Notes: generated from the sequence alone by a model not told the origin. A stretch of DNA of 64,000 nt from Candidatus Hadarchaeota archaeon (GCA_964621445.1 CAZUNO010000003.1:128001-192000), one strand, 5' to 3'. Positions 49,501 through 58,640 are shown, numbered from the stretch's first letter. Numbers and translations: made by a program.

Positions 49501-52500
49501 CGCTGAAATCACCGATAACTGGTAGCTCCTGGCCCAGACAGAAGTACTCGTGCCACTTCTCGGCCGAGCGGAAGTGGAGCTTCATTCCATCCGAGGTGTA
49601 TACGTGGGCCCAGAGATCGGTGTTACCGTGACCTCCGAAGCTGACGAAACCGGCTCCCTTGTTCAGTTCATCGTTTATGCTTTCCCGGTCCGGGTTACCG
49701 TCGGATAAACCGGCGGGAAGGTCGGCAATCCTTTGGTCATAGAGCCTCACTGGAGTCATACCAGCTGAAGAGAGGTTGGAGGATACGTGTTCCATCGTCT
49801 TCCAGGCATCTGCGTAGTCATTGTATGCATTCTCCCCTTCCTTGTATCCGGGAACGACCATCAGTGCCCTTTGGAACCAGCTCGAGTCGTAAGAGGAGAA
49901 CTCGTATGATATGATCTTTTCCACGTAGGTTTTGACCTCGCTGGCCGTTGATGCCGGTATCCTGCCAACCGCTATGTCCGGAATTAGGTCGGCGTCATCG
50001 AGGTTTATGGTGCTGATTGGGTCACCGGACTGCCAGGGTATCCCGTCCATCTCCCCGAACAGGAGGTCGCCGTCCCCATCCCAGTCCTCGAAGCTGCCGT
50101 CCTGTTCATAGAGGTCTGCGTAGTAGAGATCGGACGGGGCGAAGTTGTTACCCCAGTGGGTGGGGTCATGTATCTTGCAATACCTGACCGGGAACCGGTC
50201 GCAGTCTCCCACCAGCATCAGATATTTGATACCGCAGGCATCCTCGTAGGCCGCGGCTCCCATCTTTATCCTCTCCTGGATGTCCACCCCGCTTGACGCG
50301 AAGCTTCTATTGAGGGTTTGCCAGCTCTGGATGTAGCTCTCCATATCGGTGTGGTCCTTATGTTTCTTGAGGGGGATAAGCTCCTCGACGAAGTCCTGGT
50401 CGGTCAGCATGAGTAGTTCGATATCCCGCGTGGAGAGGTTAATCTCGGTCAGGGTGGAGAAGTCTCCGGTGAAGTTTGGGGGGATGGACTTGGAGAGCGG
50501 TGGATTATCTGATCCCAGACGTACGCCCACTCTAACCTTCTGGCCCGGTTTGCTTTCCAGCTCTGGAAGGCTGAAGGCCAGCTCCCACACCCTGTGGTTG
50601 TATCTCGAGTGAATAGAAGGTCCAAAACCCGCGCCGGCCGTGGAGTGGCACGCCTGGAGTGGTGTCCATGACTCCTCGCCTAGGTAGTACTGCAGCTGCA
50701 TTCCCTGGAAAACCGAGGCCCGGTAGTTGGTGTCCAGGTTGGGTGATATCTCGCCATCGCCATCGATGTCAAAGGTGATCCACGCAAGGTCCGATGGATC
50801 TCCTTCGGTGTCCGCCGGGATATCCAAAAGCATGTACATGCAGGAGGCATCGTTCTGGACACCAAGGTAGCCCGCCCCAAGGTCTAGGAAAGCGGAGCGG
50901 TTCCACTCACCGGCATCAATCTGGCCGTCAATTACCGGTGGCAGGTACGAGAAGGGGCTTTGAACCATAAGGGGTTCAGGGACCACCATGTTGATGTGGC
51001 AGGTGGCGGGGCCTGCGTTGGACTCGAATTGAATGGTGTGCCCGTATTGCCCTGGGGAGAGGGCGGACCGGGAAACGGTGATGTTGATTTCGGTTTCATG
51101 GCCTGCCGGTACATAACCGGTCATTGGATTAGCGCTGAGCCAGCTGGGCAGATCCGAGACCATGTCCCAATCGAGGGCTGCGGAGCCCGGGTTCTGGATG
51201 TAGACCGACCCCTTGGTAAGACTCGTACCGAGGTTCAGGACCTGCGGCTCCAGCACAATCTGAGGATCTCCCTCCGGGACATCCATGGCTACTCCAACCT
51301 CGGACTCCCCTCCATTGGAAACCAGGTGAATGATGCAAGCATAGGTACCGGGTGACAACCCACTCCTGTCCACCGACGCGGTAACCAATTCGTGGGTTCC
51401 CGATCCGAGTTCTCCATCCGTCTTCGAGAGCTCAAGCCACTCGGCGATTTCTCCCTCTGTCTCCCAGACAAGGGACCCGGAGCCGGCATTGCTCACGTTG
51501 AAGAAGGCCGATTGGTCCTCGAGCCCGAGATCAAGTGAAGCGGGGGAGACCTGAAGTACCGGGCCCTGGCTGAAGGAAGCGTTGATGCTTTGATTTCCCA
51601 GAATGGTGATGGTTGTGGACGCTGAGTCGGGGTTGGCCATGGTTCCTGTGCCCCCGGACCAGCCGGCGAAGTTCCAGCCGGGATCAGCAACGGCCTCCAG
51701 AGGTACCTCGAAATCCAGGGGGTATTCGAAGGTTCCCTCACCGGGATCAGCCACGTAGCCGCCCTCTCCGCTCGATATGGTGAGGAAATAAGACTGCGGT
51801 TCGGAATCCGGGACCTCCATATTTACCTCCACCTGGCCCTTTCCTCCATTGGAGATGATGAGCATGGTGTGTTGATAGGTTCCCGGGTTAAGTCCCGCTC
51901 GATCAACCGCCGCCATGTAGGGCAAGGTCTCGCCCACCCCGGCCGCTCCGCTGGATGGGAAGCTTAGCCAGGACGGCAGGTCCTGCTCCAGCTGCCAGCT
52001 AAGTGGCCCGTTCCCTGAGTTTCCGATATTGACGTAGAGCTCGGTGGTAACCGTGCCGAAATCCAGGTTCTGTGGCTGCAAGGTGAGCACCGGCAGTCCC
52101 TGGAAGGTGCCGGTGATGGCATGGTAGCCGTTAATCGTTATGGTGGTGCTGCTCGAATCGGGGTCGGCCATGGTTCCGGTGTCCCCGTCCCAACCGGTGA
52201 ATACGTATCCGGATTGGGCTGATGCCACAAGCGAAACCACCTCCCCATAGTCCCGGTTAAAGTTGCCCTCTCCCGGGGTGGTTACCGATCCTCCCGAGGT
52301 GCTGCCGATGGTTAGACCGGGAACGGTCATGGTGACCGTCACAGTGCCGTCGCCTCCGTTTGTGGTTACCGAGATGTCGTGGTTGTAGTTCGCCGGCCCC
52401 ATGCTGGTCCGGGTGACCGTGGCCTTGATAGATGCCCATTCGTCCGGGGTTATGGGGTCTCCCGTCATCTGGGAGAGGGTTAACCACCCTGGAAGATCGG

Positions 52501-52675
52501 ACTCGATGGACCACTCGAGGTATTGATCCCCTGTATTTTTTATATTGAACCAGAGCTCGGTGGTAGTTGATCCGAAGCTCAGGGAGGATGGGGATAGTTC
52601 CAGGGCTGGGCCTGCAAGGGCGATATGAGGGATGCCGATAAACAGTACCCCCAGAAGCAGAAAGGAGTTTCTCAA
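43538..52675 (-). CDS. Giant secreted multidomain protein with two C25 (gingipain-like) peptidase domains, BACON-like and InlB-B-like repeats, FG-GAP repeats, FN3/Ig domains and a VPEP anchor
   Basis: YLMLVGD, SDLYYADL, DIAVGRIP, GHG and ACST; second set YLLIVGE, DLIVGRV, GHG and SCLTG; five GDF(N/S/D)GDG repeats; ends VPEP-TM-basic. Confidence 0.85.
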   Translation of the reverse strand: MRNSFLLLGVLFIGIPHIALAGPALELSPSSLSFGSTTTELWFNIKNTGDQYLEWSIESDLPGWLTLSQMTGDPITPDEWASIKATVTRTSMGPANYNHDISVTTNGGDGTVTVTMTVPGLTIGSTSGGSVTTPGEGNFNRDYGEVVSLVASAQSGYVFTGWDGDTGTMADPDSSSTTITINGYHAITGTFQGLPVLTLQPQNLDFGTVTTELYVNIGNSGNGPLSWQLEQDLPSWLSFPSSGAAGVGETLPYMAAVDRAGLNPGTYQHTMLIISNGGKGQVEVNMEVPDSEPQSYFLTISSGEGGYVADPGEGTFEYPLDFEVPLEAVADPGWNFAGWSGGTGTMANPDSASTTITILGNQSINASFSQGPVLQVSPASLDLGLEDQSAFFNVSNAGSGSLVWETEGEIAEWLELSKTDGELGSGTHELVTASVDRSGLSPGTYACIIHLVSNGGESEVGVAMDVPEGDPQIVLEPQVLNLGTSLTKGSVYIQNPGSAALDWDMVSDLPSWLSANPMTGYVPAGHETEINITVSRSALSPGQYGHTIQFESNAGPATCHINMVVPEPLMVQSPFSYLPPVIDGQIDAGEWNRSAFLDLGAGYLGVQNDASCMYMLLDIPADTEGDPSDLAWITFDIDGDGEISPNLDTNYRASVFQGMQLQYYLGEESWTPLQACHSTAGAGFGPSIHSRYNHRVWELAFSLPELESKPGQKVRVGVRLGSDNPPLSKSIPPNFTGDFSTLTEINLSTRDIELLMLTDQDFVEELIPLKKHKDHTDMESYIQSWQTLNRSFASSGVDIQERIKMGAAAYEDACGIKYLMLVGDCDRFPVRYCKIHDPTHWGNNFAPSDLYYADLYEQDGSFEDWDGDGDLLFGEMDGIPWQSGDPISTINLDDADLIPDIAVGRIPASTASEVKTYVEKIISYEFSSYDSSWFQRALMVVPGYKEGENAYNDYADAWKTMEHVSSNLSSAGMTPVRLYDQRIADLPAGLSDGNPDRESINDELNKGAGFVSFGGHGNTDLWAHVYTSDGMKLHFRSAEKWHEYFCLGQELPVIGDFSGDGRDDIACFLRDSGKGSAQGDVYVAISTGSNFGPGQIWHGNLCPGGEIPRVGDFNGDGKDDIACFHRNVSEVHVALSTGSSFGTQQKWQNYFCLPGEWPEVGDFNGDGKDDIITFIKGTKSGSAANDVYVSLSNGTSFLPGKLWHGSFSWGSEIPMIGDFDGDGKDDIITFKRSAANVHVALSTGTKFGSPDLWHGNFCYPSQEPGVGDFNGDGSDDIIAFTRKEAGKVWVSLSSGSKFQPARTWTTNFCAGNETPLTGNFRWGNTSGIVNFVGDERNGTQRGDVYVSFPVKLDNADRLPVVFAAACSTAHFHYQGKHLDVNGKEFDPSVECPPCCGWNDSRCWPKNPNAVDPPVPAAIQRNATRNYDSDSLAEFFLVKRDVGAIGYIGCYTGSQPAGLTLDRHFFEAYTYSSKPAIMGDIWNRALYEYIQEDFGINPLWTSTWRSQAYYHHAQKFQLFGDPSLRIGGISPTQRKDAIGNWSMVHDGWLGNLDLWEANGDAIEGTPNIKGNYTASDGKTHDVQGRMNTWKYRLSPSWGPDHKFQFQFKLDFQDTPSAGDDQVFEAYLFTQTLDGMAGKTWWHGTPYGFYALKNQEISYETGAPGTIVLSDFLGTYDFTVNGVQGTLELWPSTASYSTGPNVEGRYTTPDGESFNAWGYVRTPSHPMPQSWGPDHKIELYIDFSGGILVGILEKYEGYLFTQTKAAMAGVRVSPGETYGFCATKEARHVVQIETCPNGTVSSPGTGNLTFDSGENVSLSASPSQDHEFSLWTGDVDTVENVESPDTTFTVYGNYSLKATFVPIGDSNTPPRFTSGPSVKCETNWAIVEWVTDESANGTVRYDTVSRIYGYSESHRGNNKIHSINLTGLEPSTTYHFLAISMDVDGNTASEAGLFSTLPIPDNEEPLIELLPLEGTLNGTKTVLAEATDNVGVEKVEFYVDGVQTFTDYSPPYRWPFDTPRFLDGNYTITAKAYDGYGKAAEDSAKVRAKNTPDPTAPYVSICSWTRSEEYLTVWADISDQNGLSTAQVYVDGNLIQTEGFPSNPKTANIEFKWYIKPVPKGKEYRIGIMAYDVDLKMGLDTLDILLPATPKMEPKLVVTSRELTRNQNVFTMKITVKNVGKGNATGIILQDYLRLLQPISSNSSTADILAEYNPSAKWWYCLILVEDDIDVGKSRTFTYKAVPVMLQSNQPTPEIGKLKLWYESLKGSEHSSTWSSVKYTTGGQTLQAAYDKALEASNYLIVTNPFRAIYYYNKQDAQNLLSTMARLAMLKHGTLGYLDTNSASAFDKVIGSQGAWNKKLSPSFSKLGHGYLLIVGETELVPSWHQYGFDIEWNNAPNTKDVPLSDHPYSDTTGNGVPDLIVGRVIGNTLEELTATINHSIYVHLGQGGSSYDRSHALLVSGTGYKQGTFVNDVTNLVKVLKGKGLTASELHLKWYSTHDQKASAFKQSILDQDLICFRGHGNLDEWDDIQCGLKTSSSSWSNPNDFPLDFGQASPAVIALSCLTGNYESGDDYNIAEGFLNSGAVVYIGSTQLAPMKQDSKAGNHIFNNWDTTESIGKAFLETERNRYGTDKYGNLFAWEYNIYGDPKFGAVPSLSSNSREGGETLSPELVVTVPQYTVTELEGFDHVDIPGGWTYMERDRPQIPYYVQSFSCPVRTKVQSVELTEKTGLTRQSGLHLPLTTNDFRGGIGSDSTLAEGGWYPGSDYRWTEIEKPDGASELVLQVFPFQYDPSTGESMVWSTFTFEVDYTQSDVSIITLDTDRAQYDIGESVDVEISIQNSGYALDLVTDICIRRIENGDLVEGLLLQTLSNLKGPASCGLTWHPQVEPGHYYVEAEIKNLEGQVFDRRTADLQVGLPSCELTEHEVETGNGNISGMSITVQNTGRTELSGSGVFIARDKSGNTVWREAKGFETLSPGGLIELGETCSFLLSDISSIVMYVSHDGVSTEPVVWTPVPEPAAVLLLLLGSGWALQRTIIRVGRTNEKA

Positions 52676-52894
52676 GGTAGGGATGTGGGGGGAGTTTATG
52701 ATATATTTGTATTGTGTATGAGATCATTCGGCATGCTAGCGATGTTAATACCGGCTGTATGAGTGATCTGGTCCGGAGATGGCGGTGAGGAAAATCCATC
52801 GATCCAATTTCGAATCCCGTTCGACCATCCAGAATAATCATTATCGCGTGAGGAAACCTTTTTCCATTCCCAATCTAACTCCATATAGAGATTT

Positions 52895-54124
52895 GTGACC
52901 ATGGCTGGTCAGAGACCATTGGGGTTGGGCTCGATAATTTTATTGGTTTTTGCCCTTTTTGTTCCACAATCGGCCTCATCTCTCCCTGATGGTAGGCTAG
53001 GCGTTCTATACGTGGGGTGTTTTGCTCGCTCCGCGCCCTTCGAGCAAATGAAGAACGATCCTTTTTTCTCCATGAGCTATGTGCCGGCCACATTTAGGGA
53101 CTGGGTTGCGGTTGCCGGGCTCACCATAGATGATACCAAGAGAATGATTAGGCTTTATATGCCGCGGACCCTGGAAAGGCTGACCAGCCGGTTTGACGTG
53201 GTGGCACTGGCTAACGCTAATAGGATGGGTTTGGGAACCAGGAACGTGGAGATGATTGCCAAGGGAGTGCGGGAGGAGGGGGTCGGGTTTTTCATGTCCG
53301 GCAGCTTTGAGAGTTTTGGGGCTAACGCGGGATATCCTGCTTGGGGCGATAGTGCCATCGGGGAGATACTGCCAACTGAGGATGTCGTGGACACCTGGCC
53401 CCAATGCGGCCGTCTTGTCCTCGACGCACCGGATCACGAACTTCTCAGTAGTGTACCTTGGGACGACCCTGCACTCAAGCATCCCGATAAATGGGATCAT
53501 AACCTGGTCACCGTAAAGCCTGGGGCGAACCAGATTGCACATCTTTTGTGGAAGCCGGGGGTTGACCACCCCCTGATGGTTACCTGGGAGGTAGAGGGCG
53601 GGGCAACGGTTTTCGCGCTGACCAGCGAGATTTCGCGTCTCACCTGGACTGGGGATGCCTGGGAGTACGATTACGATTTCGGTAGCAATCTCATGATCTA
53701 CCTGGACGGCCGACCTGTGCCCCAGGAAACGGAGATCGTTCACCGGGCCAGGTCCAAGATACTGGAGATAGCGGATAGGAGGAAGTTGGTTATCGACCTT
53801 CTCCAGTTCAGCGAGTCCTTCGGGGCCAATACACATGAGGTAATGAACAGTCTTGGCGAGGTGGACGAGGTCATTTCCCAGGCCTCCGAGCAGTACATCG
53901 ATCTCCAGTACCAGGAGATGCTGGAAACAAACGAAATAGTGGTCTCCATGCTCCAGGATTTACAGCAGGAGGCGGTTGAACTAAAGAACCATGCCCTGAT
54001 GTGGGTCTATTTAATCGAGTGGCTGGCAGTTACGGGGACCGCTCTGGTCTGCGGTTTCGTGCTTTGGACGGTTATGGTCCGGCGCAAGCTTTACAGGCAG
54101 GTTAAAGTGACCAGAGGTAGGTAA
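52895..54124 (+). CDS. Secreted, C-terminally anchored GATase1-like protein, paralog 2
   Basis: Aligns by eye over its full length with 32956-34224 and 54243-55478. Confidence 0.7.
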   Translation: MTMAGQRPLGLGSIILLVFALFVPQSASSLPDGRLGVLYVGCFARSAPFEQMKNDPFFSMSYVPATFRDWVAVAGLTIDDTKRMIRLYMPRTLERLTSRFDVVALANANRMGLGTRNVEMIAKGVREEGVGFFMSGSFESFGANAGYPAWGDSAIGEILPTEDVVDTWPQCGRLVLDAPDHELLSSVPWDDPALKHPDKWDHNLVTVKPGANQIAHLLWKPGVDHPLMVTWEVEGGATVFALTSEISRLTWTGDAWEYDYDFGSNLMIYLDGRPVPQETEIVHRARSKILEIADRRKLVIDLLQFSESFGANTHEVMNSLGEVDEVISQASEQYIDLQYQEMLETNEIVVSMLQDLQQEAVELKNHALMWVYLIEWLAVTGTALVCGFVLWTVMVRRKLYRQVKVTRGR

Positions 54125-54242
54125 GCGGTTTAATCCCCCGATATTTTCTCTAAATGATCCAGGGCGATAATTTCCAGTTAAGGACGCTCTACCGGAGTTT
54201 GAGAAGAAATAATAACCCTGTTCGGCATCGAGGCCTTGGTCC

Positions 54243-55478
54243 ATGATCCACGAAAATAAGGCGCTTTTGATCGCTGGACTCGCCTTTTTCCTATTCCTTA
54301 TGGTTTCCATGCCCACGGAGGCCCTGCCTAGCGGGAAAATTGGGGTTCTCTATATTGGCGATCTCGCTCGCTCACCACCTTTCAACATGATGACCTCTGA
54401 CCCTCTGTTTTCCATGTCCTTCGTTCCCGCATCTCTTCGTGATGACTGGGCTGCCGAGGCGGGGCTTACAATCGATGATGTCCATAGGAGGATACGGCTC
54501 TATATGCCACGGACCACGGAAGCACTCGCCGATCGGGCCGATATCGTGGTGCTGTCCAATGGAAATCGTTTGGCGGTGGGCTCCAAGAACGCCGACCTGA
54601 TCGCAAGAGGGGTCCGGGAAGAGGGGGTCGGCCTCTTAATGGCCGGTGGATGGGAGAGTTTCGGTGGCAGTGGGAGTTGGTCCCCGCCGTGGGGGGAGAC
54701 GTCCATAGGAGAGATACTCCCAACCGAGGATTTGGCGGGCACATGGATACAGGATGGGCGCCTGGTTATCGATAGACCTGACCATGAGCTCATTGACAGT
54801 TTGCCCTGGGATTCCCCGTTGTTAAAGAATCCCGTTCTTTGGCACCATAACCTGGTCCAGGTCAAGCCGGGTGCCAATCTGCTCGCCCACGCTCTTTGTG
54901 CGGGGGGAGAGGAGCACCCCCTGATGGTTACCTGGGAGATCGAGGCGACCAGGGTATTCGCCCTTACCAGCGAGATACACACCCTTTCTTGGTATGGAAA
55001 GCCCTGGAAGTACGACTATGATTTCGGGAGCAACCTGATGATATACCTGGATGGTAGGCCTGTGCCCCAGGAGATCGAACTGGTTCACCGGGCCAGGTCC
55101 AAGATACTGGAGATGGATCGGAGGAAATCGCTTCTGATGGGCCTTCTGGATTTCTGTGACTCCTTCGGCGCCAATACGAAAGCGGTCATGTCCAAGATCG
55201 ATCAGGCCGATGATGTGCTATCACAGGCAAATGAGGAATATCTACAGCTACGATTCCAGGAGATGCTGGAAACCTACGAGGTAGCGGAGGACATGATCGA
55301 GGAGGTTGAGGAGGACGCGGTGGAACTAAAAAACCGGGCCCTTCTCTGGGTTTACGTTATCGAGTGGCTGGCGGTAACCGGAACCGCCCTGGTCTGCGGT
55401 TTCGTGCTCTGGACGGTTATGATCCAGCGACGATATTTCAGAGAGGTCCGCAGCACCCGTCACAGGTCAGGAAGATGA
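54243..55478 (+). CDS. Secreted, C-terminally anchored GATase1-like protein, paralog 3
   Basis: GLLMAGGWESFGG, YDYDFGSNLMIYLD and WVYVIEWLAVTGT. Confidence 0.7.
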   Translation: MIHENKALLIAGLAFFLFLMVSMPTEALPSGKIGVLYIGDLARSPPFNMMTSDPLFSMSFVPASLRDDWAAEAGLTIDDVHRRIRLYMPRTTEALADRADIVVLSNGNRLAVGSKNADLIARGVREEGVGLLMAGGWESFGGSGSWSPPWGETSIGEILPTEDLAGTWIQDGRLVIDRPDHELIDSLPWDSPLLKNPVLWHHNLVQVKPGANLLAHALCAGGEEHPLMVTWEIEATRVFALTSEIHTLSWYGKPWKYDYDFGSNLMIYLDGRPVPQEIELVHRARSKILEMDRRKSLLMGLLDFCDSFGANTKAVMSKIDQADDVLSQANEEYLQLRFQEMLETYEVAEDMIEEVEEDAVELKNRALLWVYVIEWLAVTGTALVCGFVLWTVMIQRRYFREVRSTRHRSGR

Positions 55479-55586
55479 AGACCCCTGGAGTTCACCCGGG
55501 CTCGAAGGTCGAGACAGGCGGAGTTTTCAGGTTGGTGCTAAGGCGAATACCCTCTCCTCAGGATAGGAAAAAGAAACAATATATAG

Positions 55587-55600
55587 TATGTGTACACATA
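55587..55600. promoter_or_regulatory. Palindrome TATGTGTACACATA, probable VapB operator
   Basis: Perfect 14 bp palindrome between a TATA-like box and the antitoxin ATG. Confidence 0.6.
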
Positions 55601-55608
55601 ATACACAT

Positions 55609-55848
55609 ATGGGTTCCAAGAATATCTCCATTCGAAAGGATGTATACGAGAAGCTAAAAATCGAGAAGAGGCCGGACGAGAGCTTCACCGAAGTGATTGA
55701 TAGGCTACTGAAATCCGAAAAACCGCCGCTCACAAAATTTTCCGGGACCATATCCGAAAAAACAGCAGTAGGGATGGAACGCACGTTGGAGATACTATCG
55801 GAGATGGAGAAGAGGGAGATAGCCAAGCTTCACGGGGAGTCAAAATGA
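55609..55848 (+). CDS. vapB: VapB antitoxin (DUF217-like)
   Basis: KNISIRKDVYEKL..EKRPDESFTEVIDRL; overlaps the PIN gene. Confidence 0.88.
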   Translation: MGSKNISIRKDVYEKLKIEKRPDESFTEVIDRLLKSEKPPLTKFSGTISEKTAVGMERTLEILSEMEKREIAKLHGESK

Positions 55849-56237
55849 TCCTCGATACAACATTCGCCATAGACCTGCTGAGGGGAAATAAGAGCGCGGA
55901 GAAGAAGGCCCGGGAGATGGAGGACAGAGACGAGGCAGTTGTCATACCGACACCCGTGGTGCTTGAACTCTTCGCTGGTGCGGCTCGTTCGGATGCCCCC
56001 ATGAGTGAGAGACGGAAAGTCGAGGAATTCGCCAGTAGCTATGGTCATGCTATCCTGGGATACAATGAAGCTAGGCTGGCTGGAGAGATCCTGGGAAACC
56101 TGATGCTGAAAGGCCAAAGGATCGGGTTGATCGACACCATGATTGCCAGTATCGCGATCACTCACGGAGAAACCGTCTTGACGAGAAGCCCTGAGCACTT
56201 CGATAGAATCGAGGGGGTCAGGGTAGAGGGTTACTGA
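55845..56237 (+). CDS. vapC: VapC PIN-domain toxin
   Basis: MILDT, EL..G, DTMIASIA and TRSPEHFDRI. Confidence 0.92.
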   Translation: MILDTTFAIDLLRGNKSAEKKAREMEDRDEAVVIPTPVVLELFAGAARSDAPMSERRKVEEFASSYGHAILGYNEARLAGEILGNLMLKGQRIGLIDTMIASIAITHGETVLTRSPEHFDRIEGVRVEGY

Positions 56238-56516
56238 GAGATTGGCGCAGGGCAGGACATTCGTTCTGTCCGTGGAGTCGGTGGTGTCTTTTCTCTATCG
56301 ATGCTTGAACTTGGTATCTCCGCCTGGTGTATAGTTTGGGTTTGACCATCAGGGTCCATAACGCTACGGCGTAAGCTCTACCGGAAAGTTGAATCCACGA
56401 CTTTGAGATAGGTATTGTTGGTTTAAGACATACCTGGATTTCCGATTGGACCTCATCGTGATTTTAAAAAGAATCAACTATTGTGGGCAATATTAAAATA
56501 ATGGGTAATTGATATA

Positions 56517-56771
56517 TTGTGGGTAGATTCTATGACGGTTGCGGCGAGATTGGATGACAGGGGAAGGATTACAGTACCGGCTTCGGTAAGAAAGAAATTG
56601 GGATTCAATAGGGGAGATCTTCTCGAGATTAGAGTGGAGGACTCAAGAATTATACTCTCGCCCTTTAAAAATGAAGAAGGAAAAAAGCTCGACGAATTAA
56701 TCGGTGATTTAAAATTTGACAGGTCTTCTAGGAGGGAGGCTGAATCTTGGCTAGAGGACCAGAATATTTAG
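56517..56771 (+). CDS. AbrB/MazE-family antitoxin
   Basis: LDDRGRITVPASVRKKLGF..GD. Confidence 0.88.
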   Translation: MWVDSMTVAARLDDRGRITVPASVRKKLGFNRGDLLEIRVEDSRIILSPFKNEEGKKLDELIGDLKFDRSSRREAESWLEDQNI

Positions 56772-57190
56772 TTGAGACCGATTTCATTTTCGGGCTTAGA
56801 CAGGGTGATAGATTGCATGATCATGTTTCTGCTGCCCTGGAAAGAAACCTTGAGGGTGAAATCAGCCTCTGTATTTCCGCTGTGGCTCCAATTGAGACAA
56901 ATGCGGTAATGGCATCTCGGGGTGTCAGCGAGCATCGGATTAGCGCTGCCTTTTTGCTCATTAACAAGGTATTGGAAAAGAACGGGATTGAGAGTTACAC
57001 CAAGATTAAGATTCCTGATATGGAATTTGCCTCGAATCTTAGACAAAAGTTGAACAGACTTACCTTCTTTGACTCCCTGCATGCCGCAATCTCAAAGAGA
57101 ATGGATATTCCAATTCTATCTAGCGACCCAATATATGATTCGCTGGACCTGATATGGGTTGATCTCCAGGATTTTAGTGAGCTCTTCTGA
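56747..57190 (+). CDS. vapC: PIN-domain toxin
   Basis: LVETDF, LTFFDSLHAA and SSDPIYD. Confidence 0.85.
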   Translation: MARGPEYLVETDFIFGLRQGDRLHDHVSAALERNLEGEISLCISAVAPIETNAVMASRGVSEHRISAAFLLINKVLEKNGIESYTKIKIPDMEFASNLRQKLNRLTFFDSLHAAISKRMDIPILSSDPIYDSLDLIWVDLQDFSELF

Positions 57191-57283
57191 ATGTTTCTTG
57201 TCAGTATCAATTTATCCCTTAATCACGGAAAGAAAATATCAAGCGTGAAGGATTTTGATACATAGGGAAGATACCTGAGGGAA

Positions 57284-57400
57284 TTGAGGGTGCTTCCGGT
57301 CGAGAGGAGCGGGATCGTTTTGTGGGGTCTGGCAATGGCAATTATCTTGGGGGCTTTTATCGGGATAGCCATCTTTGAGTACTATTCCAGCAAAAACTAG
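57284..57400 (+). CDS. Possible 38 aa single-TM peptide
   Basis: Manual translation MRVLPVERSGIVLWGLAMAIILGAFIGIAIFEYYSSKN from TTG. Confidence 0.35.
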   Translation: MRVLPVERSGIVLWGLAMAIILGAFIGIAIFEYYSSKN

Positions 57401-57497
57401 TCATTCAGAATGGCAATTAGCACAACCCCTAGCAGAAAGTAATCAGTGAACGTGCGTTTATGAATTATGAATGGAATAATCGATAGAGGAATCCTGG

Positions 57498-58382
57498 TTA
57501 TTGGTTTTTCTTCTCATCCCTGTTATTTACCGATTTGAATGAGCTGGGGGAGCCTTTTCTTCTAGCCTCCATCATGGTATTTGCTGTTACATCAGGATGG
57601 CGATAGTGATAATCCTCCTCCGCCACTCCACCCCTTATGGCCTTATGGGGGCAGAAATTGTAGCATGCCAGGCAGTTTTCGCAGTGATCCAGCCATACAG
57701 GCCGACTCTCAACCATCTTTATATTATCCACCGGGCAGACCTCGGCGCAGATGCCGCACTCCGTGCATTCATCACCTACCGAGTAGCTATTTCCAATCAT
57801 GCGTATCATTTCATCAAGGGCGGACTCCCTTGGTGCGCCAGTGAGCTGTGAGAGGCTTCTTCTAGTGAGGAGCTGGACTAATAGGTTGAGTGGTTCGAGC
57901 AGGGCGCTGAAGAGCCAGGACCAGAAGAACTTGCCCCTTCTTCCTGCCTTGGCGTTTTCGGCGATGGCATCCAGCTTCTGTTCGGACCTGGCCAGGGTCT
58001 TTTCCTGGTTTTCCCAGAACTTCCGAAAGGAGTTCTGGGGCATGTGTATACCATATGAGCCCTTTAGCTCGCCGCCCCTGAACTCGATTATTCTTCGCAG
58101 AGCTCTAAGGGAGTCTCCCGCTGCTCCCCCGTAGTTGGAGACGGCGAAGATGTACTTTCCCTCTATTCCCTCAAGCTTCCCTGCAAACTCCTTGACTATG
58201 ACCGGCAATGTTCCGTAATATACCGGGAATACAATTCCAATGATATTGGCGCTGGGCTTCACCTGTTTCTCGTTCATCAGGTTCCCTATTGGAGTGATTT
58301 TGCCTTGGAGTCTTTGCGCGAGGCCTCGGGCAAGGACAAGGGAGTTCCCGGTCCCCGAAAAGTAAAAGATCTCTGAACTCAT
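57498..58382 (-). CDS. EFR1-family flavodoxin/ferredoxin fusion
   Basis: YFSGTGNS, GIVFPVY, CTECGICAEVCP and CENCLACYNFCP. Confidence 0.92.
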   Translation of the reverse strand: MSSEIFYFSGTGNSLVLARGLAQRLQGKITPIGNLMNEKQVKPSANIIGIVFPVYYGTLPVIVKEFAGKLEGIEGKYIFAVSNYGGAAGDSLRALRRIIEFRGGELKGSYGIHMPQNSFRKFWENQEKTLARSEQKLDAIAENAKAGRRGKFFWSWLFSALLEPLNLLVQLLTRRSLSQLTGAPRESALDEMIRMIGNSYSVGDECTECGICAEVCPVDNIKMVESRPVWLDHCENCLACYNFCPHKAIRGGVAEEDYHYRHPDVTANTMMEARRKGSPSSFKSVNNRDEKKNQ

Positions 58383-58640
58383 TTTATGTCTGCTAGATTT
58401 CGGGATATAAATCGTTAATCTCTCTTAATCTGGTATTGGATTTTGATAGGGCTCAAACCCATTCCACTTCTTGTCCCTAGGGCGCTTACAGCTATTGTTT
58501 TCCTGCATTTTCGTTCCTGGTTGGCCTCTTTGTTGGCTTTACCAAAACTTTTTCATCCCTCAGCTTGCCTCAAAGTCGGAAAATTACAAACGCTGAAGAA
58601 GATATTAATGGGAATAACCCATAATCCCTCGTGTGGGAAT

